Below, one piece after another: positions 29,367-38,942 of a DNA stretch of 64,000 bases. A model generated the notes under the pieces. The model was not told where the DNA came from, searched no databases, and saw only the letters and a program-made list of their open reading frames with translations. Position 1 is the stretch's first letter. Each line of letters opens with the position of its first letter. The DNA comes from Candidatus Multivoradales bacterium (GTDB taxonomy: Bacteria > Acidobacteriota > Thermoanaerobaculia > Multivoradales > Multivoraceae). The DNA lies in contig CBDCWI010000001.1 in NCBI GenBank assembly GCA_965223325.1, forward strand, positions 2,048,001 to 2,112,000, written 5' to 3'. The position numbers and the translations under genes are program-made.

Positions 29367-32315
29367 ATGAAGCAGCTTCCCCTTTTCACCCTGCTGGCCC
29401 TCGTGGTCACTTTGCCCCTGGTTACCGCGCCGCTGGCCGCCCAGCAGCAGGTGGGCGGCATCTCCGGCGACGTCCTGGACCCGAACGGCGGCGCCATGCC
29501 TGGCGTCACGGTCGAAGCGTCCAGTGACTCACTACCGCGCGCACGCGCCACCATCTCCGATCAGAACGGCGTCTTCCGGCTGCCGGCTCTGCCGCCGGGT
29601 GACTACACCGTCACCTTCTCTCTCAGCGGTATGGAGACCGTCACCCAGGAGGTTGCGGTCCTTCTCCAGCAGACCACGCGCATCAACGCGGTCCTCCAGC
29701 CTGAGGGAATCTCGGAGCAAATCCAGGTCACCTCGACGTCGCTGATCGACGCCTCCTCGACCGAGCTCAAGAGCGCGATCTCAGAACAGGTCATCGATGC
29801 CGTACCCACCGGGCAGGAGTATCGCGACATCGTCAAGCTGATTCCGGGCGTCCAGTACACCGAGAACAGCGTGCGCGGTCCCTCCGCTGGTGGCAACGGT
29901 CAAGACAACGTCTACCAGTTCGACGGTGTGAACGTGACCCTGCCGCTCTTCGGCACGCTCTCGGCCGAGCCCTCGACGCATGACATCGAACAGGTCTCGA
30001 TCGTCAAGGGTGGCGCCAAGGCGCTCGACTTCAACCGCTCCGGCGGTTTTACGATCAACACGCTGTCGAAGTCCGGCAAGTCGCAGTTCCACGGCCTGGC
30101 CAGCTACCAGGTCCAGACCGACGGCATGACCGGCTCGCGCGACGTCTCGAGCGCCTCTGAGTTCGACCGCGACCAGGACTGGGCAACCGCCTCGATCGCC
30201 GGCCCGATCGTCCAGGACAATCTCTTTTTCTACGCGTCCTACTACCGGCCGACGATCACCCGCGACAGCCGCTCGAACCTCTACGGGTCGGTTCCCGACG
30301 CTGAGAGTGTGCGCGACGAGTTGTTCGGCAAGCTGACCTTCACCCCCACTGACTCGCTGCTCATCAACGCAAGCTACCGCGATGGTGAGACTGACGGCCA
30401 GGGCGAAGGCGTCACCGCCGAAGACACGGCGGGCACCGTCTCATCGGGTAGCGACTCGGAGCTCAAGGTCGCCATTCTCGAAGCGTCCTACGTGATCAAC
30501 GCCAACCATCTGGTCGACTTCAAGTACACCGACTACGACAACCCCACTTCGGGACGCCCCGACAACCTGCTCGGCTTCCAGATCGCCCTCGACGGCAGCG
30601 TCGGCCTCGATGTGGGCAACCTCGATCGCCAGGGGCGCTTCAACGTTCCGCAGCCGCGCACCGGAAACGACTTCTTCAACGCACCTCTCGGACCGATCAT
30701 CGATCGCTACGGCTTCCTGGAGAATGGCGTTCGGGTCGGCGGCGGCACCGTCGGCGTTGGCAACACCATCAACGACCAGGACTTCTTCCGCGAGAGCTAC
30801 CAGCTCGGCTGGGACTGGTTCATCGACGGCAACGTCGGCCATGAACTGCACTTCGGTTTCCAGAACTACGAAGACGGCGAAGACCTCGCCCGTACGTCGA
30901 ACGGCTGGGGTCTCATCGACTACAGCGGCGGCCTGCGCACGCTCTCCGACGGCACACCGGTGATCTGGGAGGCACGTTTTCAACAGCAGAGCCTCAACGA
31001 CCCGAACGACGCCGTGGCCAGCCGCATCATCTCCGAGGTCGAGTCGACAAACTTCGAGATCAACGACACCATCACCTTCGACAACTGGTCGGTGAACATT
31101 GGTGCCCTGTTCTCGAACGACGAGCTCTTCGGCCAGGGCCTTCGCCACAACAGCGCCAGCCCCTCGGGCTTCGAACTCGCGCCGGGCAACCGCTACAAAA
31201 TGTACGAGGTTGAGTTCGAAGATCAGATCCAGCCGCGCATCGGCGTCGTGCGTAGCTTCGATGGCGGTAACACCACCGCCTACGCCAGCTACGCGCTCTA
31301 TACGCCGGCGGCCAGTTCGCTGCCACGTGCAGCATCCTGGGACCGCAACCTGAGTCGAGAAATCCGCGCCTTCTTCGACGCCAACGGCACGCTGATCGGC
31401 CAGGAAGCCATTCGCTCCTCATCGGGCAAGTTCTTCCAGCCCAACCTCGACCCGCGGTCGATCGACGAGTACATCCTCGGCGGAACCCGCCGCTTCAGTC
31501 CTCGTCTGACGGCCCGGTCGCACTTCCGCTACCGCAAGGGTTCGAACTTCTGGGAAGATACGAACAACAACGCCCGCTCACGGTTCGAGCCGCCAGCCGG
31601 GATCCCGACCGAGGACTACATCCCGAACCTCAATGACTTCCGCTTCGCCCCGGATCCGTTCCGAATCGGAGGTAGCTCTTACGTCATCGCCGAACTCGAC
31701 GGTGCGTTCACCAAGTACTACGAGGTCAGCACCGAGGCCGAGTGGCGCCTCGACAAGGCCTGGATCAAGGGTTCTTACGTCTGGTCGCACTACTACGGCA
31801 ACTTCGATCAGGACAACACCACCACCGGGAACGATGGCAACATCTTCATTGGTTCGTCGTTCATCGCCGACGGCGCTGGCCGCCAGCTGTGGGACAACCG
31901 CTACGGCAACCTCAAGGGTGACCGTCGCAACCAGGTGAAGCTCTACGGCTTCTACGAACTGCCCTGGAACGCCACCGCCGGAGCCTTCGCGGTCTACCAG
32001 TCGGGCGAGCCCTGGGAGGCCTGGGATGTCGAGGTCTACCGGCACCTGACGGGAAGTTCGAGTGACACCAGCCGCTTCGCGGAACCGGCAGGCTCGAGAA
32101 CGACGTCGTCGCACCATCAGCTGGATCTCAACTACACCCAGCACTTCAAGCTCGGCGGTCGCTACGACCTGCAGCTACGTGCCGATCTGTTCAACGCCTT
32201 CGACAGGCAGACCGGCTACAACATCCAGAACAAGGTCAATCAGGCCAACTTCGGAGAGCCGCGCAGTTTCTACCTACCGCGGCGCTTCCAGGTCGCCGTG
32301 CGCTTCGAGTTCTGA
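29367..32315 (+). CDS. TonB-dependent receptor (Oar-like) with carboxypeptidase-regulatory-like domain
   Basis: Signal peptide; ISGDVLDPNGGAMPGVTV, LPPGDYTVTF, NVYQFDGVNVT; C-terminal ADLFNAFD...PRRFQVAVRFEF. Confidence 0.93.
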   Translation: MKQLPLFTLLALVVTLPLVTAPLAAQQQVGGISGDVLDPNGGAMPGVTVEASSDSLPRARATISDQNGVFRLPALPPGDYTVTFSLSGMETVTQEVAVLLQQTTRINAVLQPEGISEQIQVTSTSLIDASSTELKSAISEQVIDAVPTGQEYRDIVKLIPGVQYTENSVRGPSAGGNGQDNVYQFDGVNVTLPLFGTLSAEPSTHDIEQVSIVKGGAKALDFNRSGGFTINTLSKSGKSQFHGLASYQVQTDGMTGSRDVSSASEFDRDQDWATASIAGPIVQDNLFFYASYYRPTITRDSRSNLYGSVPDAESVRDELFGKLTFTPTDSLLINASYRDGETDGQGEGVTAEDTAGTVSSGSDSELKVAILEASYVINANHLVDFKYTDYDNPTSGRPDNLLGFQIALDGSVGLDVGNLDRQGRFNVPQPRTGNDFFNAPLGPIIDRYGFLENGVRVGGGTVGVGNTINDQDFFRESYQLGWDWFIDGNVGHELHFGFQNYEDGEDLARTSNGWGLIDYSGGLRTLSDGTPVIWEARFQQQSLNDPNDAVASRIISEVESTNFEINDTITFDNWSVNIGALFSNDELFGQGLRHNSASPSGFELAPGNRYKMYEVEFEDQIQPRIGVVRSFDGGNTTAYASYALYTPAASSLPRAASWDRNLSREIRAFFDANGTLIGQEAIRSSSGKFFQPNLDPRSIDEYILGGTRRFSPRLTARSHFRYRKGSNFWEDTNNNARSRFEPPAGIPTEDYIPNLNDFRFAPDPFRIGGSSYVIAELDGAFTKYYEVSTEAEWRLDKAWIKGSYVWSHYYGNFDQDNTTTGNDGNIFIGSSFIADGAGRQLWDNRYGNLKGDRRNQVKLYGFYELPWNATAGAFAVYQSGEPWEAWDVEVYRHLTGSSSDTSRFAEPAGSRTTSSHHQLDLNYTQHFKLGGRYDLQLRADLFNAFDRQTGYNIQNKVNQANFGEPRSFYLPRRFQVAVRFEF

Positions 32316-32357
32316 TCGCGCGGGGGAACCGATAGGAATCCCAGAATCACCCCAGTC

Positions 32358-32412
32358 AATTGCCCGGGAAACGCCCGGGAATTGCCCGGGAAACGCCCGG
32401 GAGCTGCCCGGG
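32358..32412. repeat. Five-unit tandem array with 11-bp period, core GCCCGGG
   Basis: GCCCGGG starts at 32362, 32373, 32384, 32395 and 32406; linkers aaac, aatt, aaac, agct. Confidence 0.9.
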
Positions 32413-32421
32413 CTTCGTGAA

Positions 32422-33474
32422 GTGAGCGCCACCCGAAGAGAACTGCTTGTCGGAGCCGCTGGTGCGGTTGTGGCGCGACCGCTGTTGGCGCGCTCGCCTG
32501 GCCGAGAGGAAGGTCCGCAGACTACGAACCGCCCGGCGATCATCAAACCGCGGCGTCTCGCACCGGGTGATCGCATCGGGATGATCAACCCGGCACGAGC
32601 CGCGTTCAAGGAAGAACCGGTTGAGATTCAGAAGGAGACCTTGGAGGCACTCGGTTTCGAACCGGTCACCGGGCCAAACTTCTTCGCCCGCCGTGGCTAC
32701 CTCGCTGGAAGTGATGCCGAAAGAGCGGCCGACATCCACCACTTCTTCGCCGACCCCGGCATCCAGGGCATCTGGTCGATCGGTGGCTGGGGATCAGCTC
32801 GCCTGCTGCCGCTACTTGACTACGACCTGATCCGCCGCAATCCCAAGGCGTTGGTTGGCTTCAGCGATGTGACCTCGCTTCTCAATGCGATTCATCACGA
32901 AACAGGGCTGGTGACCTTCCATGGGCCCTACCCCTACGACCGCAAGAGCGCCACCTACCTCGAGCGGGTGCTGATCAAAGGCGAGACCGTTTCGTTCACG
33001 AATCCCTCTGACATTCTCGAGCGCGACATGGTGCAGCGCGAGAATCGCTTCGCCACCATTCGAGGCGGCAAAGCGAGGGGGCACCTGGTTGGCGGGAACC
33101 TGACGGTGCTCTCAGCAATCGTGGGGTCGCCCTACCTACCCGAGATGGAGGGCGCGATTCTTTTCCTCGAAGATGTCCGCGAAGCGGTCTATCGGGTCGA
33201 TCGCATGATCACTCAGCTCGCCCTCGCCGGCGTGCTCAAGAAGCTCGCCGGTGTTGTCTTCGGTCGCTGCACGGACTGCGAGTCGGGCACGTCGTACGGC
33301 TCGTTGACCTTAGAAGAGGTCCTACGCGACCACTTTGAACCGCTCGGCGTTCCGGCCTTCCGGGGCGCCATGATCGGGCACATTCGCAGCCAGTTCGCCT
33401 TGCCAATTGGAACCGAGGTCGAGATCGACGCCGACGCGGGTTCGATTCGCATGCTCGAGCCAGCGGTCAGCTGA
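32422..33474 (+). CDS. LD-carboxypeptidase (peptidase S66), Tat-exported
   Basis: ATRRELL twin-arginine from GTG 32422; YLAGSDAERA, GFSDVT, GGNL, LFLEDV.E..YRVDRM, GH. Confidence 0.92.
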   Translation: MSATRRELLVGAAGAVVARPLLARSPGREEGPQTTNRPAIIKPRRLAPGDRIGMINPARAAFKEEPVEIQKETLEALGFEPVTGPNFFARRGYLAGSDAERAADIHHFFADPGIQGIWSIGGWGSARLLPLLDYDLIRRNPKALVGFSDVTSLLNAIHHETGLVTFHGPYPYDRKSATYLERVLIKGETVSFTNPSDILERDMVQRENRFATIRGGKARGHLVGGNLTVLSAIVGSPYLPEMEGAILFLEDVREAVYRVDRMITQLALAGVLKKLAGVVFGRCTDCESGTSYGSLTLEEVLRDHFEPLGVPAFRGAMIGHIRSQFALPIGTEVEIDADAGSIRMLEPAVS

Positions 33475-33481
33475 CGGTCCC

Positions 33482-34930
33482 TCAGTGCGCCGCGGCGGTG
33501 CGGAGACCCGAGTAGCGTGGCTGGTCGATGGCAGTCTGGTTGGCGACAGACTGCCTCAGGTGCTCGGCGAGTCCGGGCGCATCGAGCCCGATCGAGCCGT
33601 CGCGAAGTCCGCGGGCCAAACGCCAACGGAGCGCCTCGAGATCCGCCTCGGAGTCGCCGAAGAAGGAGCGTAGGCGCTCGAGTTCCTGCGCCCGATGCAA
33701 TGGCCCGACCTTCAGATCGCGCTCGACCACATCGAGTGAGTTCGCCGCCACCCGGGCGAGGAAGTTCATTCGTCCATGGGTGGCACTCATGACGTCCTGG
33801 CGCAAGAACTCGACGACGCTCACGACCAGTTCCTCGACCCTCGGCATGTCGAGGTCACCACTCGACTCCGGAGCCTCGATCAGAGTCACCGGCCCCGGGA
33901 TCAAGAGATTGACGCAGTCGATCTGACACTCCGTCGTCCGCCGGCCGATCGCCGGCCGCTCGACGCTCTGGTCCGGGCCCGTGCGATAGTGCTCCGCCAT
34001 TCCCAGACAGCCAACCGCCCACCAGAAGGACCCGAAAACCTCCCACCACTTGACGTGCTCGGGATCGACCGCGTCACCGGTCACCGCTTCGTAGCCGGCG
34101 TAGAAGTCCTCGCGGCGTCCGAAGCCGCCGACCGCCAGCTCGGTCTTGCCGAAGCGCCACGAGTTGGTGCACACCCAGCCCAGGTCGCGCATCGGGTCAC
34201 CGATGTGGGCGATCTCCCAGTCGAGCACCGCAACGACGCCCTCGGGAGACACCATCACGTTGCCGTTGCGAAAGTCGTTGTGGACCAGCGTGCTTCGTGC
34301 GTCTGTCGGCAGGTTGGCAAGCAGCCACCGACCGGTGAAGTCGATCATCGGTTGCGGGGTGTCGAGCGCCTTGTAGCGATCCCAGGTCGAGTGCAGGTAG
34401 ACCTCGGGGGTCATCGCAGAGAGCAGCGACCGCAGCCCCGTCGCGTCCAGGTCGATGGCGTGGATGCGCCCCAGAATCTCACCGAACTCACGGGCCAGCT
34501 TCGGACGCACGTCGGCCAGAGCTTCTGAACGCACGATGCGTGCACCAAGCGTTTCGCCCTCGAGCCATTCCATCAAGAAGCCGTCACCGAGACCATCGTC
34601 CGGCTCGAGGATGCGGTAGACCTCGGGCTCGGGGATTCCCGCGGCGCGCGCCGCCTGCATCAACAGCGCTTCGGTTCGAAGGCCGGGTGAGGAGCTCCCC
34701 TCGAAGGCACTGGTGGCCGAGTCGGTACCGCCGGCAGCCCGGCGCAGACACAACAGTCGCTCTTCTCCGCCGGCCCGAACCGCGACCCGGTAGGTCTCCT
34801 GGCTGGCACCGCCAGAAAGACGCTCCGCCTGCTGCAGCTCCTCGAAACCGTCGATGCAGTCGGCGAGAAGTTCCGCCAGCCGCTCGTCGAAGTCTGTCGA
34901 AGAATCCTTCTTCTGACCCCCCGCCGCCAT
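33482..34930 (-). CDS. APH-family phosphotransferase fused to a DUF6285 (LvaB-like) domain
   Basis: LSGGASQET, LVHNDFRNGN, VLDWEIAHIGDP..DLGW; C-terminal P..EELV..V.EFL...ARVAANSL..VER...AIDQPRY. Confidence 0.88.
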   Translation of the reverse strand: MAAGGQKKDSSTDFDERLAELLADCIDGFEELQQAERLSGGASQETYRVAVRAGGEERLLCLRRAAGGTDSATSAFEGSSSPGLRTEALLMQAARAAGIPEPEVYRILEPDDGLGDGFLMEWLEGETLGARIVRSEALADVRPKLAREFGEILGRIHAIDLDATGLRSLLSAMTPEVYLHSTWDRYKALDTPQPMIDFTGRWLLANLPTDARSTLVHNDFRNGNVMVSPEGVVAVLDWEIAHIGDPMRDLGWVCTNSWRFGKTELAVGGFGRREDFYAGYEAVTGDAVDPEHVKWWEVFGSFWWAVGCLGMAEHYRTGPDQSVERPAIGRRTTECQIDCVNLLIPGPVTLIEAPESSGDLDMPRVEELVVSVVEFLRQDVMSATHGRMNFLARVAANSLDVVERDLKVGPLHRAQELERLRSFFGDSEADLEALRWRLARGLRDGSIGLDAPGLAEHLRQSVANQTAIDQPRYSGLRTAAAH

Positions 34931-36231
34931 CAGCGACTCGGGCGACTCTTCGGGGCGCTGTCGTCGGTTGTGACTCCCTTGGGTGCTCGCTGCTTCATGA
35001 AGCCAAACATGTAGCCGGCGACCCGGCGCATCTGGATTTCTTCGGCGCCTTCGGTGATGCGATAACGCCGATGGTGGCGGTAGATGTGCTCGAACTGGCG
35101 ATGCCGTGAATAGCCCAGGCCGCCGTGCACCTGCATCGCGCGGTCAGCGGCTTCGCAGCACAGCCGATTCGACCAGTAGTTGCACATCGACACCTTGTCG
35201 GAGACCGCGAAGTTGCCCTTGGTGTCCATCATCCAGGCTGTCTTGTGAATCAGTGCCCGCAGCATCTCGCACTGAGTCTGCAACTCGACCAGCGGAAACT
35301 GAATTCCCTGATTGACCGCCAGCGCTTTCCCGAACGGCTTGCGCACCTGGGCGTAGGCGACCGCTTCGTTGACGCAGTACTGGGCCGCACCGAGGCTCGA
35401 CGCCGCCTGGCGGATGCGATTCTCGTTGAAGAAGTGCTGCACGACCTGCAAGCCACGCCCTTCGCCGCCGAAGACCGTCGTGTCGTCGACGTAGACGTCG
35501 GTGAGTGAAACGCGCCCATGATCGGTAGGCATGTTGAAAGTCCAAAGCATTTCTTCGACCTTGAAGCCTTCGCTGTCGGTGGGCACCAGAAAACACGTGA
35601 TGCCGTGGCCGTCGCCCGCCTTGCCACTGGTGCGCGCGAAGATCAAGTCATGCTTGGCCTTGTGGATTCCGGTGTTCCAGGTCTTGGCACCGTTGATACG
35701 CCAACCGTCACCATCTCGAACTGCAGTGGTGTCCATGTGGGTGGCGTCGGAACCGTGCTCTGGCTCCGTGATGCCAAAGGCAAACCCTTTGGTGCCCTCG
35801 AGCAGGCCTTCGACCCACTCCTCCTTCTGCGCGTCGGTGCCGTAGGCAAGCATCAGGAGCACGCCGACGTTGTTGCCTACGATCGAATGCTCGGTTTGCA
35901 GGTCGTTGTGTAGACCCAGACCCATCGCGGCGAAGTGCTCGCGGATGATAGCCATTCCAAGATTGGTGCCGTCTTTCCCGCCGTACGCAGACGGCAACGG
36001 GTAGCGATAGTGCCCTGCAGCGTCCGCCCGCCGCCGAGCCTCGTGCATGAGCGCTTCCCATTGATCGTTGGGAAGGCCACCACGGTCCCAGTCGGTGCGG
36101 GCGTCTTCACGGCGGTGATCGAAGAAGCGAATGTTGTCGTCTTGCTGTTCGAGGGGCTTGATCTCGCGCTCGATGAACTCGTCGAGCTCTTTTAGATAGG
36201 CGACCAGATCAGCCGGAATGTCGAAGTTCAT
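34930..36231 (-). CDS. Acyl-CoA dehydrogenase (ACAD10/11, LvaC-like)
   Basis: AFGITEPEHGSDA, WRINGAKTW, RKPFGKAL, DRAMQVHGGLG, RITEGAEEI; its stop overlaps the phosphotransferase ATG. Confidence 0.92.
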   Translation of the reverse strand: MNFDIPADLVAYLKELDEFIEREIKPLEQQDDNIRFFDHRREDARTDWDRGGLPNDQWEALMHEARRRADAAGHYRYPLPSAYGGKDGTNLGMAIIREHFAAMGLGLHNDLQTEHSIVGNNVGVLLMLAYGTDAQKEEWVEGLLEGTKGFAFGITEPEHGSDATHMDTTAVRDGDGWRINGAKTWNTGIHKAKHDLIFARTSGKAGDGHGITCFLVPTDSEGFKVEEMLWTFNMPTDHGRVSLTDVYVDDTTVFGGEGRGLQVVQHFFNENRIRQAASSLGAAQYCVNEAVAYAQVRKPFGKALAVNQGIQFPLVELQTQCEMLRALIHKTAWMMDTKGNFAVSDKVSMCNYWSNRLCCEAADRAMQVHGGLGYSRHRQFEHIYRHHRRYRITEGAEEIQMRRVAGYMFGFMKQRAPKGVTTDDSAPKSRPSR

Positions 36232-36260
36232 CGATGTGCCTTTCGTGAGGGTTACGAACC

Positions 36261-37706
36261 CTACTGCGCCTTCGCCAGGCGATGGACGATGTCGTAGTGG
36301 AAACGAGTGAAGCGGTAGAGCTCCTCCTCGACGATGCGCTCCTGATCGGAATGCGCGCCGAACCCCTTCGGGCCGTCTTCGACGTCGCGCACCGGCCCGA
36401 TGCCGTAGCACTGGATTCCCTTCGCACGCAGAAACGCCATATCGGTAGCACCGGTACTCATCGTTGGCAGGGTCACCACACCATAGTGATCGGTGACGAC
36501 CTCCTCAATGACCTTGAAGGCCTCGGTATCGAGTCGAGCATCGCCCGAGCCCGGCCGTACGTTGCGCTTGCCGAGTGACACTTCGACGGCGTCATCATCG
36601 ACGACACGACGGACTTCCTCGAGGAACTCTTGAATGTCCTCGTCCGGAAGGGCGCGGGTGTCGACCGAGGCGCGCGCTTCCGAAGGAATGACGTTGATCC
36701 GGTAGCCGCCGTCGATGATGTTGGGAGAGGTCGAGGTTCGAATCATCGAAGCGTAGAACGGCTCGTGGGTACGAAAATAGATGTCGACCTCATCGGCAGT
36801 CTCCGGGTCCTGAATCCTGCGGTAGCGCTCCGCCGCCTCAGGCGGGCTGATCGTCGCCAGGCGCTCGAAGTAGGCACTGGTGGTCTCGTTCAGGCGCACC
36901 GGCGAACGCCACTGGGCAATGCGCGTCACCGCACGCGAAAGGCGCACGACCGAGTTGGTCTCGAGTGGCACGGACCCGTGACCGGCAACACCGCGCGCTA
37001 CCAACTCGATGCGATACGGAATCTTCTCGAGCGTTTGCACGCTCGCAAAGCGCACCTCACCGGCCTCGCGCCGCACACTGCCACCCTCGGCGATACAGAA
37101 CTCCGACTCGATCGCATCAAAGTGCTCGTTGGCCATGAACTCGATCCCGACTTTGGTATTGCCCTCTTCGCCGCTCTCGGCCAAAAAGATCACGTCGCGG
37201 TCCAGCGGCACGCCCTGCCGCTTGAGCGTGAGCATGATCATGAGCGCCGCCGCGACATTGTCTTTGTCGTCGACCGTGCCGCGACCGTAAATGTAGCCGT
37301 CCTCGCGCGCAGCGCTGAACGGCGGGTGGATCCATTTGGCTGGATCGACGTTGACCGTGTCGGTGTGGGCCATGATGAGGAGCGGCTTCTTTTTGCCCGA
37401 GCCTTCGAGGCGCGCGACCAGGTTGGGGCGGTTCTCCTCGTTCCAGAAGATCTCGACCGGAATGCCCTCCGCCTCGAGAACCCGCTGGAGATACTCCACC
37501 ACCGGCCGCTCGCCACCGGGCGGCTCGAGCGGCGGGTCGGTGGTGTCCATCTGGACGATGGCCTGGAAGTGCTCGAGAATCTCGGGCTCGAGCGCCGCCC
37601 AGTCCAGCGTTTGAGCAGCGCCGACGGAAAGGCCGGCCGACAGCGACAAGAGGCTCAGGATGGCGATCAGGACCCGAGAGAAGGAAGGAGGCTGTGTTGT
37701 CTGCAT
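36261..37706 (-). CDS. M20/M25/M40 family metallopeptidase, secreted
   Basis: RPNLVARL, AHTDTV, GRGTVDDK, GEEG, GHGS, GATD, AHSDQER. Confidence 0.92.
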   Translation of the reverse strand: MQTTQPPSFSRVLIAILSLLSLSAGLSVGAAQTLDWAALEPEILEHFQAIVQMDTTDPPLEPPGGERPVVEYLQRVLEAEGIPVEIFWNEENRPNLVARLEGSGKKKPLLIMAHTDTVNVDPAKWIHPPFSAAREDGYIYGRGTVDDKDNVAAALMIMLTLKRQGVPLDRDVIFLAESGEEGNTKVGIEFMANEHFDAIESEFCIAEGGSVRREAGEVRFASVQTLEKIPYRIELVARGVAGHGSVPLETNSVVRLSRAVTRIAQWRSPVRLNETTSAYFERLATISPPEAAERYRRIQDPETADEVDIYFRTHEPFYASMIRTSTSPNIIDGGYRINVIPSEARASVDTRALPDEDIQEFLEEVRRVVDDDAVEVSLGKRNVRPGSGDARLDTEAFKVIEEVVTDHYGVVTLPTMSTGATDMAFLRAKGIQCYGIGPVRDVEDGPKGFGAHSDQERIVEEELYRFTRFHYDIVHRLAKAQ

Positions 37707-37913
37707 ACCCCGAAGATAGACCATGCCCGCTATCAACTAGCCGTCGTGGCGACGGTCGAGGGTCGGCCAGCGCTCGAGATGAGGGCCTTTGCACACGCGC
37801 TGCGCGCGCCCGGCCACGCTGACTGCCAGCCGAAACGGGGACCCGGGCGGCAAAGCGTCGCCTCACTCGGACACCCCGCCGCCACCGCTGTTGAATGAAG
37901 CGCCGGCGCATCG

Positions 37914-37952
37914 TTGTGTGACATGCATGCGTTGCAATACACTTGAGCCATG
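37914..37952 (+). promoter_or_regulatory. Putative leaderless promoter with TGCA palindromic elements (candidate RHH operator)
   Basis: TTGTGT-N18-TACACT ends 6 nt before ATG 37950, with no SD sequence; the spacer contains acatgcatgcgttgca. Confidence 0.4.
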
Positions 37953-38396
37953 GACATCACGATTCGAAACGTCGACCCGGAGACCTACCGCCGGATTAAA
38001 GCCCGCGCAGCCCTCGAGGGAAGGACGATTGGAGACCTGCTCAACGAAGCGATGCGCAGGCACCTCGAGCGATCGTCGAGTCACGGCGAGCTCGCCGCAA
38101 TCACTGCGCGAGAGTCGCTCCGGAAACAACGTGTTCTGCGTGCTTGGAAAGAAGGCCAGAGTGATCCCGAGGTGCGTCGGTCGGCCCTGGAGTGGCTGGA
38201 TCGACATCCATCGCACGTGCCCGAGATCAACGACCTCTGGCGAGACGCCCTCGAAGGGCACGGCCCACTCCAACGATGGCTCGACGGCGACGAGTCCGCC
38301 CTGGAAGCTGCCGGCCAGCCGGTGCGCGCTATCCTCGCCTCGCACCCCTTCGTAGCGTACCTGCGATGCTCTCTCCAGACGACGTCCGCCGCGTAG
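37950..38396 (+). CDS. Putative antitoxin: N-terminal FitA-like ribbon-helix-helix plus helical C-terminal domain
   Basis: MDITIRNVDPETYRRIKARAALEGRTIGDLLNEAMRR is a typical RHH; the C-terminus W..AL.G...L...SHPF overlaps the next gene. Confidence 0.72.
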   Translation: MDITIRNVDPETYRRIKARAALEGRTIGDLLNEAMRRHLERSSSHGELAAITARESLRKQRVLRAWKEGQSDPEVRRSALEWLDRHPSHVPEINDLWRDALEGHGPLQRWLDGDESALEAAGQPVRAILASHPFVAYLRCSLQTTSAA

Positions 38397-38917
38397 TCGA
38401 AGACGCTTCCCGACTCGCTCTGCGCGGCGAACTCGTCGTATTTGGCAGCGGAGCCTTCGCCTTCTGGCTGGAATCGGCACCCGCCACACGCGATGTCGAC
38501 GTCTATTGCCTACCGGCAGAAAGGGGTGACGCCATCGAGGCGCTGATGGGTGAACTCTCCTGGTATCACGAGCGCACAGGTGCCTACGTCGAGGTGTGGT
38601 CGCCTGAGACATTTCGAACCAGCTGCGATTGGCGAACCCGGGCCAAGATCCTCCGCAGCGAGGCAACCCCTGAACTGGTTGTAACGGTGGCTCATCCCCA
38701 CGACGTTGTCGTAGCGAAGCTGGAGCGCTGCGATGAGCGCGACAAACAGCAGATCAAGTCAGTCCTCGAAGAGCTCCCTCTGTCGCTAGGCGAACTGGAC
38801 ATTCTCCTCCAGTCGAGCGCCCACGAACGAGGTGAGGTCAACGACCCCGAGCGGGTCTCGCGGTTTCGTCATTGGGCTGCCTGGCTGAAAGACCTCGTCA
38901 AAGACAGTCTGTGCTGA
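38366..38917 (+). CDS. DUF6036-like nucleotidyltransferase (putative toxin)
   Basis: Start ATG 38366; LVVFGSGA...ATRDVDV (GS..DxD), Y.E......DWR.R, HPHDVVVAKL.R..ERD. Confidence 0.8.
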   Translation: MLSPDDVRRVVEDASRLALRGELVVFGSGAFAFWLESAPATRDVDVYCLPAERGDAIEALMGELSWYHERTGAYVEVWSPETFRTSCDWRTRAKILRSEATPELVVTVAHPHDVVVAKLERCDERDKQQIKSVLEELPLSLGELDILLQSSAHERGEVNDPERVSRFRHWAAWLKDLVKDSLC

Positions 38918-38942
38918 CCCCTGATCCGGGAGGACCCTGGTA

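Noticed and set aside
37740-37900. GC-rich intergenic stretch with cgaaa and ggcaaagc, superficially like a c-di-GMP-I riboswitch
   Set aside because: Motif order and pairing do not fit; a covariance-model search would be needed.
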